Below are positions 13,381 through 26,889 of a stretch of 64,000 bases of DNA, piece by piece; the first letter of the stretch is position 1, and each line of letters begins with the position of its first letter. A program made the position numbers and the translations under genes. The notes beneath the pieces are model-generated. The model was given only the letters and a program-made list of their open reading frames with translations, searched no databases and was not told the DNA's origin. Source of the DNA: Rhynchobatus australiae (Eukaryota); NCBI GenBank assembly GCA_034780895.1, contig JAUZTB010000107.1, forward strand, positions 21,721,843 through 21,785,842. Reading direction: 5' to 3'.

Positions 13381-15253
13381 TCTTCACAAGGCCAGATAAC
13401 AGCTGTGATCAGAGGAACTAAGGCAGGTCATCATTTCTGACGCACTTTCATCTGAAATGGGAAACACAGAAAATTCAGATTTAATGAAGTAGAGACAGAT
13501 CGAGGGGAGGAAAGAAGGAAAAGGAGGTCTGTGCTGGAGTGAAAGTAAGGAGAAAAATTTCAGAAGGATAATGGTTCAAGTGAATGGCAAGGAAAAATAA
13601 TGGGTTCAAAGGATATGGAAACAGCAAAATCAGTACCAAAAGCAGATGGCTAGAAGAAAAAAAATGGAATGACAGATAACGATCTAAATTTCCTTCAGTT
13701 TCAAATAATGAGCCCAGAGCCCAAATTTGAAGTGCTGTTTGAGCTTTTGTAGGAAGGGGATGAAGATGGGGCAGGATGTGGAAGTGATTCATAGGAATTC
13801 AGAGAAGAGGTGTGGACAAGGTCCATTTAATGGTGATTCCAGACTACAGGTGGAATGAAATTTCAGATCACAGGAATTTTATTAATTTTCTGGGAGGAAA
13901 GGAGCCACAAGACAAGTTGGAAAAAGGAATGCAAGTAACCCATCACATTTTAGAGGGGGAAAAGACACATTTGAAGCACTAACACCAAAGACAAAGTCAT
14001 CAATAATTACTGGGAGAATGGAAGAATCCATACAGAAAGTGGAGTGGTAGAAGTATAATCAAGAGAGCTGACGGACTCAATGGATATGGAAGAATGCCAT
14101 AAAAGAAAGAACATCCCAGACCTCTGCTCTGGTTATTGATTAAAGCCCAACTCCAACAGAATGCCTGCAACTAGAATAGGGAAAGAGGCATGGATGATTC
14201 TTCAGGTGCCACCCATGTGATATCAATAAGGGGTAGCTAGTTCTGAATAACATACTGCTTAATAACTTCAGGAGCAAAGAGCTCTTTCTGCAGCCAAAGA
14301 ACTTCCAATTTGGAAATGATCAATACTTAAACTTGTTTCACTGTTATAAAGCTAGCATGATTTGAATTAAGTGGATATTCAGAGAAAAATTCTTCATTAC
14401 TTCATAGCAACTCCAACATTTAGCCAGGTAAAGTAAAATAAAACTTGGGTCAAAAAAAAGTAGCATACAAAGCTCATTATGTGAAATTTTCATACTGATT
14501 TTTAAAATTTTGAGAAGCCAAAAGGGTCTACATTGTAATTACCCAAGATGCATTTATGGCTTAATTAAAGCCAGGTCTGCTAAAAGTACTAAAAGGAGAC
14601 AATACTAAATGATGAGTTACACAATAAAAACATAAATATCAAAGTAAATCCATGCAGACTAAATATTAAGTCGTCAATATCTTTACTACGAAATAAGGTT
14701 TTGTTTAAAATTTAGAAGTCAAGGATATTAAAGTCTTAAAATAAAGCCAAGTCCAAAGCCATTTAAAAGATTAATTATCACGATGTGAACACATTTCTCA
14801 TTCCAACTAGGCTGACCTCTGATGACATTACTTTGCTTCCTTAAGCAGAACCAATGGCTTTCAGAACATTGAACATTTCTCAACCTTTAATAATCTTCAA
14901 CAGTTAAGGGGAAGCTAGATAAACACACGAAGAAAATATCTTGACGTGGTTGAATAATGTAGAGTGCAAGGAGGATCGTGTGAAACATAATAAAAAAAAC
15001 AGCATAGCCATTTACGGCAAATGATCCTATAAATTGCTTGGTTCCAGCTTTTAGGTGTTCATCACTACTCTCAAGTAAGTGATCAGACCTTTAATAAGTC
15101 TATACCGGCATAAGAAATGCCATGATCTTTCACCAAATATCAGTCGCCCCAGTGTTAAAACTTTAGTGTACAGCTTTCCAGTGAAGTTACAGCTGTTTGT
15201 ACAGACCACAGCATCTCTCGTTTGGCGCAAATTTAAATACAGTGGCAACTTAC

Positions 15254-15385
15254 CCACTCGCCAGATTTGGGGTTAAAAGTATACAGCGCGACCTGGCTGG
15301 TCACATCGACGATACTGGAGATGAAAGGGTCATTTTGCTTCAGAGCTGATAGACTAATATCGCGCCCTTTACTTAACGCCTCCAT
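15254..15385 (-). CDS. DCP1A: DCP1 mRNA-decapping factor, first coding exon (start of EVH1 domain)
   Basis: Translates to MEALSKGRDISLSALKQNDPFISSIVDVTSQVALYTFNPKSGEW, matching the DCP1 N-terminus. Kozak context CCAACATGG; ends at the donor TGG|GTAAGT (phase 0). The A paralogue is assigned from the MEALS start, EKTDIEG in exon 2 and divergent linkage to CACNA1D, as at the human DCP1A-CACNA1D locus. Confidence 0.85.
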
Positions 15386-15700
15386 GTTGGATTCCCCAAC
15401 CTGTGTAAAGGAGGAGAAAAGCACAACTCAAACACCGCTCCTCCCGCCCGACAACCCGAACCCACCGTTCCTACCCCTCTGACTCTTACACCGTGCCCCC
15501 GGAAACAACCTTTACTGCACCAAAATATCCACGCTCATTAGTGCTTTCGCTCAGCGAACTGAAATGCCGTTTATTTTCATTTCGCACGAAAAAAGCATTT
15601 TTGTTGTAATTTTCTTGTGCTGCTCGGGATAAAATTGTGCACGGGCCTTTGTGTTGCATCAGAAAATTCCGCCAACCCGCATCAAACTCTGTAACGGGTG
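15260..15700 (-). promoter_or_regulatory. CpG-enriched promoter/5' region of DCP1A
   Basis: Local rise in GC and CpG against the AT-rich, CpG-poor background around the first coding exon. An ETS-like CCGGAA lies near 15499. Confidence 0.6.
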
Positions 15701-16569
15701 GTGAAATTAAGATGGTTTTATTTAACTCCAGTTCAGAGAACTGTTACTTATCATTTCATCAGAAGGATTATTTTATTCAAAAATATATATTTAACCATCA
15801 ACTGTATAATTCACGCCACTTGCTAAGCATTGATTTTAGTCCACATTGCTAATTGTTCGTTGTTCTACCGTTTACAGAAATAACCACGAAGGCATTTCCA
15901 AAATTGCGACGTGCTCACTCTCAATCCAACATCCAAGATGCTGCCCCTTCCGCCCCAAATAAAACACATAAACATGATTGAACACATTCTTTAATTTGAG
16001 TTTCAACTAATCGTCATTAGAAATTGCTTGCTGCGTGTAACTCACAGAAAAATGCTAGTAGTGCTTGTAATATACGTGCCCGTTGATTGATGTATAAACT
16101 GACAATCTATCTGATGTTGACGTATATGTTTACAAATTATAGATCGTCAATGACATCGTTGTTCAGCCATTAAATCTTCCAGTTTTGTTTAAGTCAAGAT
16201 GATTACATTGCGCTGGTAACAACCTTCACTTGCTAAACTCTTTGGAAATGAATGATTTTTTCCCTCACAATTTTTGCACACTTGGAATCATTTATGTGCG
16301 TGTTCAATCTGTGCATGCAGTACCAACAGAAATACAAATCTCTGTTTTTTTCTTAATTCATAAGAATTGGGCACCGCTGGTAAGGCTGTAGTCCACATCC
16401 CCAATTGCCCCCTGTGTACCACCTGATGAATGTGTTCTCAGTGTTTTTATGCAGGGAATTCCTGGCTTTTGGCTCTGCGAATGATAATTTATTTCCAAAT
16501 TTGGATGATGTGTTACTTCATGGGCAACTGAAAGCCAAAATAAAACCACATGACGTGATGACCTGTATC

Positions 16570-18200
16570 CACTACCTCTACAGCTAACTCTTTCAAGAAA
16601 TCGAAATTTTAAAATCTGTAGATTCTAGAATGGTTGCCACAAATTTGGAAATAGAAAATGTGACCCCATTATTTAGGAAAGCAGAGAGAAAGAAAAAGGG
16701 GAGTGCAAACTATCATCAGTAGAATGGTGAATGTGACAATCTATTAAGAAAGTGGCAACAGAGCACTTCTAAAATAATAATTGGATTAGACAGAGTTAAT
16801 ATGGATTTATGAAGAGATCATGTTTGATTAATCTGTTAGAGTTTTTAAGAGGTTGTAACTTGTGGAATAGAGAAGGGAATGTGGTGTATTTGGACTTTGA
16901 TAAGGTGCCAAACAAGAGTATATTGTACAAATTTAGAGCAGGTACGATTGAGGGTAATACACTGGTGTGAATTGATTAATGGACAGAAAACAGTGATTAA
17001 ACAGGTCCCTTCAGGTTGTGATACAGTGAATATTGGGTTGCCAGATGCACACTATCTATATAAATAATTTGGATGAAGGGATCATGTTAATATATCAAAA
17101 TCTGCTGATACAAATCCGTGGGGCTATGTGTGTTGTGAAGAAGATGCAGAGAGGCTTCAAAGGATAGAAACTGGCCAAGAGAATAGACAGGGATATTCAG
17201 ATGAAATATAATGTGGAAAAATGTTAAGTTATCCATCTTGAAAGGAAAAATGCCTTTTTAAATGGTGAGAGATTAATAAGTGTCAGTGTTCAAGGGGACC
17301 TGGGAGTCTTTGTGAACAATTCATTGTGAACTACCATACAGGTTCAGCAGTTAGGAAGACAAACAAATTGTTGGCCTTTTACTGTAAGAGGATTTAAGTA
17401 AGAGTAGGGGCTACTCACTGCATTATAGAATGTCCTGGTCAGGCTGCAATTGAAATATTGTATCTAGGTCTAATCTCCCCACCTAAGGATCCATTTGTGA
17501 TAGGAGTGCAATGAAGATTCATTTAATTGATTCCTGGGATGCAGGATTGGCCTATGAGGAGTGATTAAATAGATTGACTTGTACTATCTAGAGTTCAGAA
17601 GAACGAGAAGTGATCTCTTGAAACGTACGCATTTCTTACAAGGCTTGACAAGATGGTTACAGGGATAAAACTAGGAAATGCTGGGAATACTCAGCAGCAA
17701 GCAGCATTTATGGAAAAAGAAGCAACATTAACATTCCAGATCAAAAATCCTTTGTCAGAACATATGGAAAATAACCGAACATTATTGTAGAGCAGAATTT
17801 TCTTTTAAAAAAAGGTACAATCTGAAAGTTAGGCGTGATGATAAATTTTGGTTGAAAATATAGGTTTTCAGGATGGTTTTAAGAGCATTTTTTCCATCGT
17901 AACCTGTGACCGGTGTCAAAAACTGGGAGTCACCATCTCAAAGCAAGGGTTATTTATTCAGGACTGAGCTGAGAAGAAGAATTCATTGGAATTTTTTATC
18001 CGAGTGGGTCACTGAGTTATTGAAGGCATAGATTTACAGATGACATAGATTTATAAATATCCATATATAATAGAAATCGAGGGATATGGGGTTGGTACTG
18101 AAAGGTAGCACTGAGGTAAAAGATTATCCATGATGTTATTGAATGATGAAACAGGTGCATGGAGCAAAATGGCTAACATCTGCTTCTTCTTCTAATGCTC
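16570..18200 (+). mobile_element. Old, decayed CR1-type LINE with an internal short-element insertion (~17668-17890)
   Basis: Remnants of NVTPLFRK, YGFMK..CL.NLLEF, SKSADTN, MKYNVEKC.VIH and LVRLQLKYC, plus 3' UTR. A Penelope-type terminal repeat lies at 17668-17760. Confidence 0.7.
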
Positions 18201-18454
18201 CAATGAACGTAGAAACTGCAGTGTTTTGAAGTGTCTCCAGTTTTTGTTCTGGGTGGCGGAGGATGCACGTTTATGTAGTGTTGTTGAGAAAACTTGTCAG
18301 GTCACTGCCATACAGGTTGTAGATACAGTAAAACTTTACTTTGGTGCTGGATTAGCAAATTTTCCACACTATTGGATGTTATTCACTTTTTTGATGTTAC
18401 ACAGTATTGAAATAAATTTTCCACTGAACCTGGTAAATTTTAAGAGTGCACAGG

Positions 18455-18585
18455 AACCTGAGTCCTGTTTAGTTTCAAGGGAGTGATGGAACCAGAGCTC
18501 CAGTGAATTTCCAGGGAATGCTAAAATGAAGACATAGTGAGTTTCAAGGGATCACTGGAAATAGGGCACCAGTGAGTTTAAAAGA
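18455..18585. repeat. Degenerate tandem repeat, ~34-bp unit, about 3-4 copies
   Basis: Recurring agtg-a(g/a)ttt(c)aaggg motif at ~18471, ~18502, ~18536 and ~18571. Confidence 0.5.
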
Positions 18586-20989
18586 AGCAGGAGAAACATC
18601 ATGCAGGGAGGCAGATGGCAAACCATTAGGATTTCTGAGTAGTCAGATAGCTCAGACTTGCTCTGTAGTTATATAGTTGTGATTCTTGTGACTTCTGGAA
18701 CATAAATGTGATACCTAACCTCATCCAGGTACTTGCTGCCATTTAACTTATTTTAATGTCAAGATTGGAACATTCTAGATTTTCAACTTCTTGCAATTGG
18801 TCTTGTGTATTTATCATCAAAGTCCTTGTTTGACTTTGGTCCTGTCTCCTGAGCAATATAACTAAAAACCCTGGCCTTCTTTTCAATTTCTTCCCTCACC
18901 ATTTCCCCACTCTATTTCAATAAATTCACAGGTTTCTATCTCCGACATAACAGTTTGCCCCTTTTCTGCATCCCTTCACTCTAGTTGTATTGCCAAATCC
19001 TTCAGCAAATTTTTGTGATTTCCTACCTAAATCCTAAGCTCTTTGACATTAAAACTCTCCTGAAAATCTCCACTTTCAACTAATGTATGTCATCACTCCT
19101 AACTTTGATTGTGGTGTTTATTTCATTTTTAAAAAAATTCTGCTCAGTCAGATTATTTCCTATGTTGAAAGCAAGCTGTTGTTGCAATTTTGCACCACTC
19201 CAGGAGCCAATATGAAGCTGCCAACTATAGGAAACACAGTAAATAATATACTTTCTTGGCTTTGGCTAAATCCAGATCACCTCCAAGGGTTGATTTGAAA
19301 TTGTGATTTCCAATTACAAAGCAGAACCATTCCAAGGTACAAGTTGTTCCTCCCTTTCAGCTATTAACAGGAATACCTTTGGAAGCCTGTGAAATGAGAG
19401 GATACATATCAATTGGAAATATATATTTTAAAAACTATGTATTATTTTACAATTTTGGAGAAATTATAGGAATCACAGACTATTTCAATCATTTTTTAAA
19501 ATCATTTTGTGAAAGAATAGAAATTCCTTTGTTATCTCATGTCCAGCAGTCAAGGGTGCAATGGTATCTGTAAGCCTGCAGATCTTAAAGTCTGCCAGCA
19601 CTTCGATCATTAGGATACTCTATAAATTAGTAATTGGTTTGGATGGGAAATTGGAATATGCATGGAGACAGAGGGGGTATCCATAACAACATGATGTAAT
19701 AGCAGGTTTAATAAAAACAAATTCCTAAGATGATTCACAGAGGTCAATATTATACAAAATTTGACACTGCAACAAACAAGAGCACATCATGACAGGTAAC
19801 AAAAAAAGCGAGTGTGCATCCAAGTGGAGAATTATTTGGGATGGGAATCTATGGTGGTCCCACATGGTGACAGGCTAGATAGCATTTGGACAAATTCCCT
19901 GTATTGCACTGCAAAGCACTATTGTATGTTATCATAGTGTTAATTGGCCATTTAAATTCTGTTGATGATTTGGATAGACTTCTTCAAACACGTGGCTGCC
20001 TCGGCATGGATCAAGACCTAGGTAGGACTGATCTTGCATTAATGCATAATCACAATGTTTTGATTTTTTTTTAAAATTGCATATTTTCACTCACAGTTAC
20101 AATTTGCAAATGCAACAGCAAAAACCACACTTTTCCACATGGACCTCATTAATAGGAGTGATCTGATTTTGAAAAATTAGCATGCAAAATTAATTGAATG
20201 TATATATTTTGGGACTGAGTACTGGCATGGTTTAATCACTGCTCTATTAGCTCTGGGAGCTTAGTCCAGGTTGATGGATTGTACACGTCTTGTCTTCTGG
20301 CTTTAAGTCTGTAATAAGCAAAAGTAAATGGTGCAGTTTCAAATCATTTTGGCATGGGCATGAATTCAGTATGCTTGTTTTGACAAACATCTTTATAACC
20401 TTTTAACAATAATTTTCTTTATTTATAAACAATTCTAACATAACTTCAATCCAATTCACGACACATTTTGTCTGCTGGTTATACCAAGCCTGCAATCATT
20501 GCAATTAAAAATGCAGAACACACTGGTCATGTTGCTCTTTAATTTGCACTTCATTTATTTCCTTTCATCAAATTACAGTAAGGCTTGTCAGATACATTTC
20601 ACAATGTAATCTGATAGTTTTCCGAAAAGGCTTCTGTGTTGTGAAATTCTGTGGCTTTTTCTTTTACAATTATTATGGTATTTCAATTACTCTACAGGAT
20701 GAAAACACCTGAGCATCAACCCATGTTTCATCACTTAACCAACATCATTGAAACTTTTTTTTGTGCTCATTTTCATGGCAATACAAAGAGGGCAAACGTG
20801 CAGCCACATCTACAAGAGTATGCACTGCTCAAACAGAAAGCTTGGAGTCAGCCTTCCAACCTTGCCCGCCCACAGAAAATAGAAGCAAAAATTGAACATT
20901 CTATGTTGATGGCAGAAATCTGTAAGGAAGCAGCTTGTTACAGATGTGCATTTTCTTGTGAAGTAAAACAACAAAAAAAATCTTACGGG

Positions 20990-21290
20990 GCTTGGCAGGG
21001 TAGATGCAGGGATGATGTTTCCCCTGGCTGGGATCCAGAGTCAGTGGTCAGACACTCAGAATAAGGGGTCAGCCAATCAGGACCAAACTACGAAGAAAAA
21101 GTCTCCAAGTGTGTAGCGAATTTTTGTAATTCCCTACCAAGAGTAGAGTCACTCAGTGTATTCAAGAGACAGGTTGATTGATTTCTGAGATATTGAAGGA
21201 ATTTTAAAAAATGGAGATTAAATGCAGGAAAGTAGCTCAGATTAAACAGACTTGAGCAGGGATACAGGGCCAAATGGCCCACGCAGTTTT
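20990..21290 (+). mobile_element. CR1 3' end fragment
   Basis: gggtagatgcagggatgatgtttcccctgg...gtaattccctaccaagag...gggccaaatggccc, similar to other CR1 3' ends in the window. Confidence 0.6.
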
Positions 21291-21344
21291 GTCAGTTGCT
21301 CCAGGCATGAAAATGCCTAGATTAATTATTCCCTGTGGAAATCA

Positions 21345-21540
21345 TCATGACTATCCCTCAATGAAAATTCACAATGGGATCATCTGGCCATTTTATCACA
21401 ACCCTGGATGAGAGAGCTTGCTGCATTCAAACAGGCTGCTGGGTTTCCTACTTTACAATAAATGTCCTCACTTCAAGCACTACATTGACTGTAACCACTT
21501 TGATGTCCTGCTATTGCTCAGAGTGCCACATAAAATAGTA
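21345..21540 (+). mobile_element. Deu-domain SINE (SacSINE1/AmnSINE1-like) 3' part
   Basis: atctggccattttatcaca...ggctgctgggtttccctactttacaa...cacttcaagcactacattgactgtaa resembles the Deu-SINE body and tail as I recall them. Homologous to 36255-36430 and 45640-45890. Confidence 0.5.
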
Positions 21541-23164
21541 CACTTCCTGTGTAGTGGCAATTATCTGCATTATGATTTTATTAATAAGGCTGGGACAGTG
21601 GGTGCGAGGGAAGTTTGCAATGTTTACAGTCCTGTTCAGCATTTGCACAGTTTTTCAGTATTCAGTTTTGATGGAATGGAGATAAACAGGGTTTCGCACA
21701 TTTCACTAACGCAGAGAGATGAAGAACAAAACGCCAGGAATAAAATTGTTATTGCTAGTTTCAATATTTGTTTCCATTCAGCTTTGTGCCAAATGGCTGA
21801 AGTGTCAGACATTTCACCAGAAAGTGGCAAATTCCAATAACTTGTTCAACTAGGTGACACGCAATATCCATAGTCTGGATAGGTAGTTACCAGTGATATA
21901 CAGTCAAATAACATCAGCTAATAAATTCAAACATAATTGTTTGCCATTTAAGACTAAACTTACCACTGGGAAATTGGGAAGTTGCTGATTGCTTGAGATT
22001 TTGCATAGTTATGTTACACAAGTACTAGAAGTCTCAAAAGACGATGGAAAACATTTTGGCTGTCTTATAATCTTGGTCAAAAATAAGTTGGATGAAGGAA
22101 ACATACCACACGGCAAAGCAATCAGCAGACTACAAACCTTTAAACATCTTTCCAAGTTCTTGAAGAAGATTTTACTATAGTTTTAAGTGACTGCTGACAA
22201 CATATTGGCAGTTAATTTATAAAGCAGACCACAGGGACCAGAGAGGAGGTAGATAAGTAGCCAAGTTGGCCAGCAGATTGAATGAACATTTGAAGGAATT
22301 ATTACAAAAACAAGACTGATTAACACTGGATCCTTGTTCAGAAAAAAAAAAGCACAACTGACACAGAATTCACCTCCATCTGATAGCCTTTTATAAACAA
22401 AGGTCAGAGAAAGGAGATGGTTAGAAAGGTGAGAAGTGACAGCCAATACAGAATGGGTACAAAATGAATGAATGGAGTGTGCCCCACCCCATTTCAACAG
22501 GTTTAGAAAGTCAGACTGTCTGGTGTCCTTTTAGTTAAGATGCTATGCAAGCCAATTTCAATTTTACTTGCAGCACGTATCATTAGAGTTCATTTCCAGT
22601 GAAATAACATTAGCTACAAAATTGGACTGGATACTTCCATATGATACTCACAGGAACAGATCTGACCTCTTCTCAGGGTCATGCGTGCAACAAATGACTT
22701 ATTTTGCAATGCACATTTCTGCCTTACTGATATAATAGGGCAGAAACTCCACGCCATGAACTCATGCATGAACATCATTACATTTAGGAGCACATCGTGG
22801 CAGCGTGTTAAGTTTTGTTAAAGAACACTGAAAAGGGACCTTTGCTTGACATTGGGAAATACAACTGGACTACTTCAGAAGTGATTGCAGGCAGTTCCAT
22901 CTTCCAAAGCCCATTGAGTATGCTAAAACAAGCAGCACGTTTCTTATTCCAGCATTCAGCTCCTGAGCTACACAGTGATGAAGCTGAGAACTCAGTGTCA
23001 GGAGAAAAAGAAATACCCATTGGTTCAGTTCTTGGTCCCAGAGTTACCGCATCCCACCTGGCATTGTCTGATTAAAAATGCATTCATATTTCAAAGTCCA
23101 TCCAGTCTTTGCCAGTTCTCAGAGCAAGCCATCAGTCCCAATTCCATTACCTATTCTCTCACAG

Positions 23165-23400
23165 GTTCATCAAATCCCAATTCCCCTATCACCTATCAAC
23201 ACCAAGGGGAAATTTAGAGTGGCTGATTAACCTACCAACCATCACATTTTTGCCACGCGGGAGGGAGCTGGAAGAGCCTGAGGAAGCCTGAACAGTCACA
23301 GGGAGAATGTACAAACTCCATACAGACGGCACCAGAGGTCAGGATGGAACCCAGATCTCTGCAGTCATAGGGCAACAACAGTAACAACTGCGCCATTGTG
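23165..23400 (-). mobile_element. V-SINE (HE1-like)
   Basis: Reverse complement has a tRNA-like head followed by ctgtatggagtttgtacattctccctgtgactg (V-domain core). Confidence 0.7.
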
Positions 23401-23749
23401 ACGCACCTTCACAAGTTCAATTCCCCACCACCTCCTCTTCCCCCCCCCCCAAAAGGCTGACACATTCTGTGGAAGGACCTCCAGCTACACACTTGTACCT
23501 GCTGTGCTTTCTGTGGTTCACGTGGAATCTCAATGCCCTCACCAGAAGGATTCTTCCAAGTTGCCCCAGCAAATATCAGTTGCCTTCCAACTTGCTGCCT
23601 ACTGCTACATCAAGGAGCCCACCAGGCACTATTCATGAAATAAATTATTTCATCTACTTTGATATCAGCAAGGATCAGATTGCATCATGGAACTGGGGTT
23701 TGCCAGCATTGTTAGCTTCCCTCAAGTGCAGTCAGGTACAATAGAGGGG

Positions 23750-23909
23750 CAGGCACTGTAGTGTAGTAGTTCGCGTAATGCTATGACAGCGCCAGTGACC
23801 CGGGCATCAATTCTGGCCACTGTCTAAGGAGCTTGTACGTTCTCCCCGTGTCTGCGTGGGTTTCCTCCAGATGCTCCGGTTTCCTCCCACATTCCAAAGA
23901 CGTACGGGT
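23750..23909 (+). mobile_element. V-SINE (HE1-like), 5' part
   Basis: tRNA-like head, then gtacgttctccccgtgtctgcgtgggtttcctccagatgctccggtttcctcccaca, the V-SINE core. CpGs are retained, suggesting a young copy. Ends in a gap. Confidence 0.85.
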
Positions 23910-26499
23910 NNNNNNNNNNNNNNNNNNNNNNNNNNNNNNNNNNNNNNNNNNNNNNNNNNNNNNNNNNNNNNNNNNNNNNNNNNNNNNNNNNNNNNNNNNN
24001 NNNNNNNNNTGAGGTGTAATTGTCAGGACCCCTTGTTTAGCTCCAGCACATCAGACAAATTAATAATTGATGCATTAAGCTCCTAGAAACAACTATTTGC
24101 TCCACCTTGTAATGCAATATTTTACCGTATTATAAACAGTAGCACTACTTTAGTTTATGACTGTAACATCACAGTCATAGGTCCTGCAGAAAGCCATGTT
24201 ATCTTCCCAAAAGCATGACCAATTGCTTTATTATCTGCTGTGGAATTCAGGTACATGGCTAATTCTGACATCAGATTAAGGGGGTGAGTACTTTTTTGGT
24301 GTTACATTAATTGAGCAGAAGTTGGTATTTTCTTTTCATTTTATGTCAAAACACTTTCTTAAAATGTAATTATCATTCAATAACTAAAATCATGTAATTC
24401 ATAGTGAACTTCATCGCACTGAACAGAATGATGTTATCATAAAGTGTTTCAATCTATATTTAGAAATATTTTATCCGTCAGATTCCAAGTCCTTCCATGT
24501 GGATGTTACTACTTGTTTCAAGCCTGATACAAATAACAGTAAACATTCTTCATAAAGAAGCTCATAAAGTAAGCTGTTGTCTTGGGTGATAATGGTCTTT
24601 AATTCCAAAGCAAAAAAAAATGGAGTAATGTCCAAAAGCTTTACCCAAGTTTTCCTGTTTGCCAACACTGAACAAATAAATTGTTTAAATGTGGGACCTC
24701 TGAAGAAGCAAGTCCCACCTTTGAAAAAACCTTTTACCCTTAATATGCAAATCATTCTTTTACAATTCCCAAGCTTAAATTGGAATTTCTTTTAAAGAAG
24801 CTATTGATAAAACTCACGTACATTGGAAAGAGTTCAATAGAGCAGCAATTTCCAGAGTGTCATTAAAATGTTATAAATTTAGATGTTGACCGATGGTATA
24901 TTTAGACGTTTTCATGAATGGACTCATATAAAATGCTATTACATGCGACAGTTTGAACTCCATGCATTTATTTATAAAAATGTCTTAAATCCAATTCTGT
25001 ATGGGACAATTATATAGTTTTACATTATTGTGTTAAAAGTATTTATAATTGCCAATTTTAAAGAATATTGCAATTCATTATAATTAATGCACATTTGTTT
25101 CCGTATTATTACTCTTATTGTGTGTCACTGGAATTTTGATCTTTTTCCAAATTTTGAAATCCACTTTAATTCAAGGATAACTTGAAGATTGAAGTTAACC
25201 AACATTTCTGGAATAAAGAGATTAACTTAGCAGAAAAATCACAAACAATGTTTAGAACATTTTGAAAATGATATGCAATTTCTCTCTAATAAATAAAGAA
25301 CATGTTATTTGAAATAGATTCTAAGACTGTTGACTGTACTGTTATATGTCAGTGATGATTCCTTCATACATTTATAGAATGAGAAGGAAATGATAAAAAC
25401 AATCACAATAATGACAAACAAAACTAAATGAAAAAAAAAGCGGAGTAAGGCCATGAAACTAGCCTGCTTTTGGCACTACAGGTGCCAATTTACTTGCAAT
25501 TTCACATGTGATTTGCAAACACACATTTTTTAACACCACTTGGCAAATTGAAAAGCATACTACTCGATGCAATGTGCTGAATGCTTTAAGTCTGCAGGCT
25601 AGGCAGCTGGTGAAGTTAATCCTCGTGTAATGCTATTGACACCTATCCTGCCAAATTAAGCTAGCTAACATTCTGTGTGAACAGTAGAGAGAAATTTGAC
25701 CTTAGCAGCAAGAAAAACTTTAACCCTACCTGGACTATTTAAAAGGATCCTGTACAACTTGCAGGTTTGTTGTTTACTGAGTTGAAATCAGTTTGATTGT
25801 GGATATGTGGTGCTGTTTGCAATTTATGGTAGAAAAAATTGTGAGGAAATGTTGAGACTCAAGATAAATGGTTATTTGGGGCTCAGTGGCCTTTCATTTT
25901 AGGTCCACCAGCATGAAATGGAGGTGGAAATGAGAGCTAAGGGGGTGGGTCACATTCTGGAAGAGAAATAAGAAAAAGCGTCTGCTCAAGACAGACTATC
26001 CTAGCAAATCTTGCAAGCAGCACTTTATCGATTAATCAACACATCAGAAAAGTGGTGTTTGAATAGATACCAACCACTTCTCTAGGAAGGCTATCACCGA
26101 GATATGCTACATGATGCAGCCAGATCTGCACAGTAGAGCCGAAGTACATTGCTGGTGGCAGTAGAGTGGCACTGAATTTTTATATCTCCAGTTTATTCCA
26201 GGTTGGTTACACTTCCCCATTCGCAGGACAACATTCAGTGGCAGATTACAGAGGCTCATTTCTTTAAGGGGGGACAAGGCCTACACTTGGCCCTCGTGGA
26301 GAGAGCAGGAAGCAAAACAGGCTTGGCATTTTACGTGTTTCAAAGAGCTTGTGTCAGCAGCAAATTACATTGAGGTCTCCACACCAGTTCTCAGGGATAC
26401 TTTACAAAGAGAAAGAATTTCAGTCCCTCCACATACAGCATAATAGTGACCATTGTGGGAAAATATCGATGATCAGCACCCAATAACTCATGAGTACTA

Positions 26500-26690
26500 T
26501 AAGTAATGGTAACTATGAAACTACTCCATTTCCTTCAGAGAAGGAAATCTGCCACACCTATCAGGACTGGCCTATATGTGACTCCCGACCCATAGTAACG
26601 TCTATGCTCTCTGAGATGTCAGAGTTCAGGGACAGTTAGGGATCGGCAATCAATCTTGGTCTGATCATGGGCATACAAATTTGTGAATGA
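26500..26690 (+). mobile_element. tRNA-type SINE 3' part (same family as 39785-40060 and 34480-34810)
   Basis: Shares aatggtaactatgaaactac...gaaggaaatctgcc...ggcctatatgtgactcc and the tail gggacagttagggatcggcaat. Confidence 0.6.
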
Positions 26691-26889
26691 AAAAAGTGCA
26701 GGACATTATCCCACTTTCTGGTTATTTGTTGCATTCTGCACAATGAGTTGATTAGGGGATCTCAGGCCTGGCCACGAACAGAACACATATGATGAGAAGG
26801 TTTATTACAAGCTCCTTTTTTATCCATATGCTATGGTACAGAAAGGTAGCATTTAGTTTTCTTTGAGGAAATGACTGAATGGCATACCT

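Noticed and set aside
18455-18585. CRISPR-like array
   Set aside because: Vertebrate context, no identical repeats with unique spacers, and no cas genes.
23750-23820. tRNA genes at SINE heads (also ~39787 and ~55092)
   Set aside because: Only degenerate A/B boxes that continue directly into SINE bodies; no intact cloverleaf.
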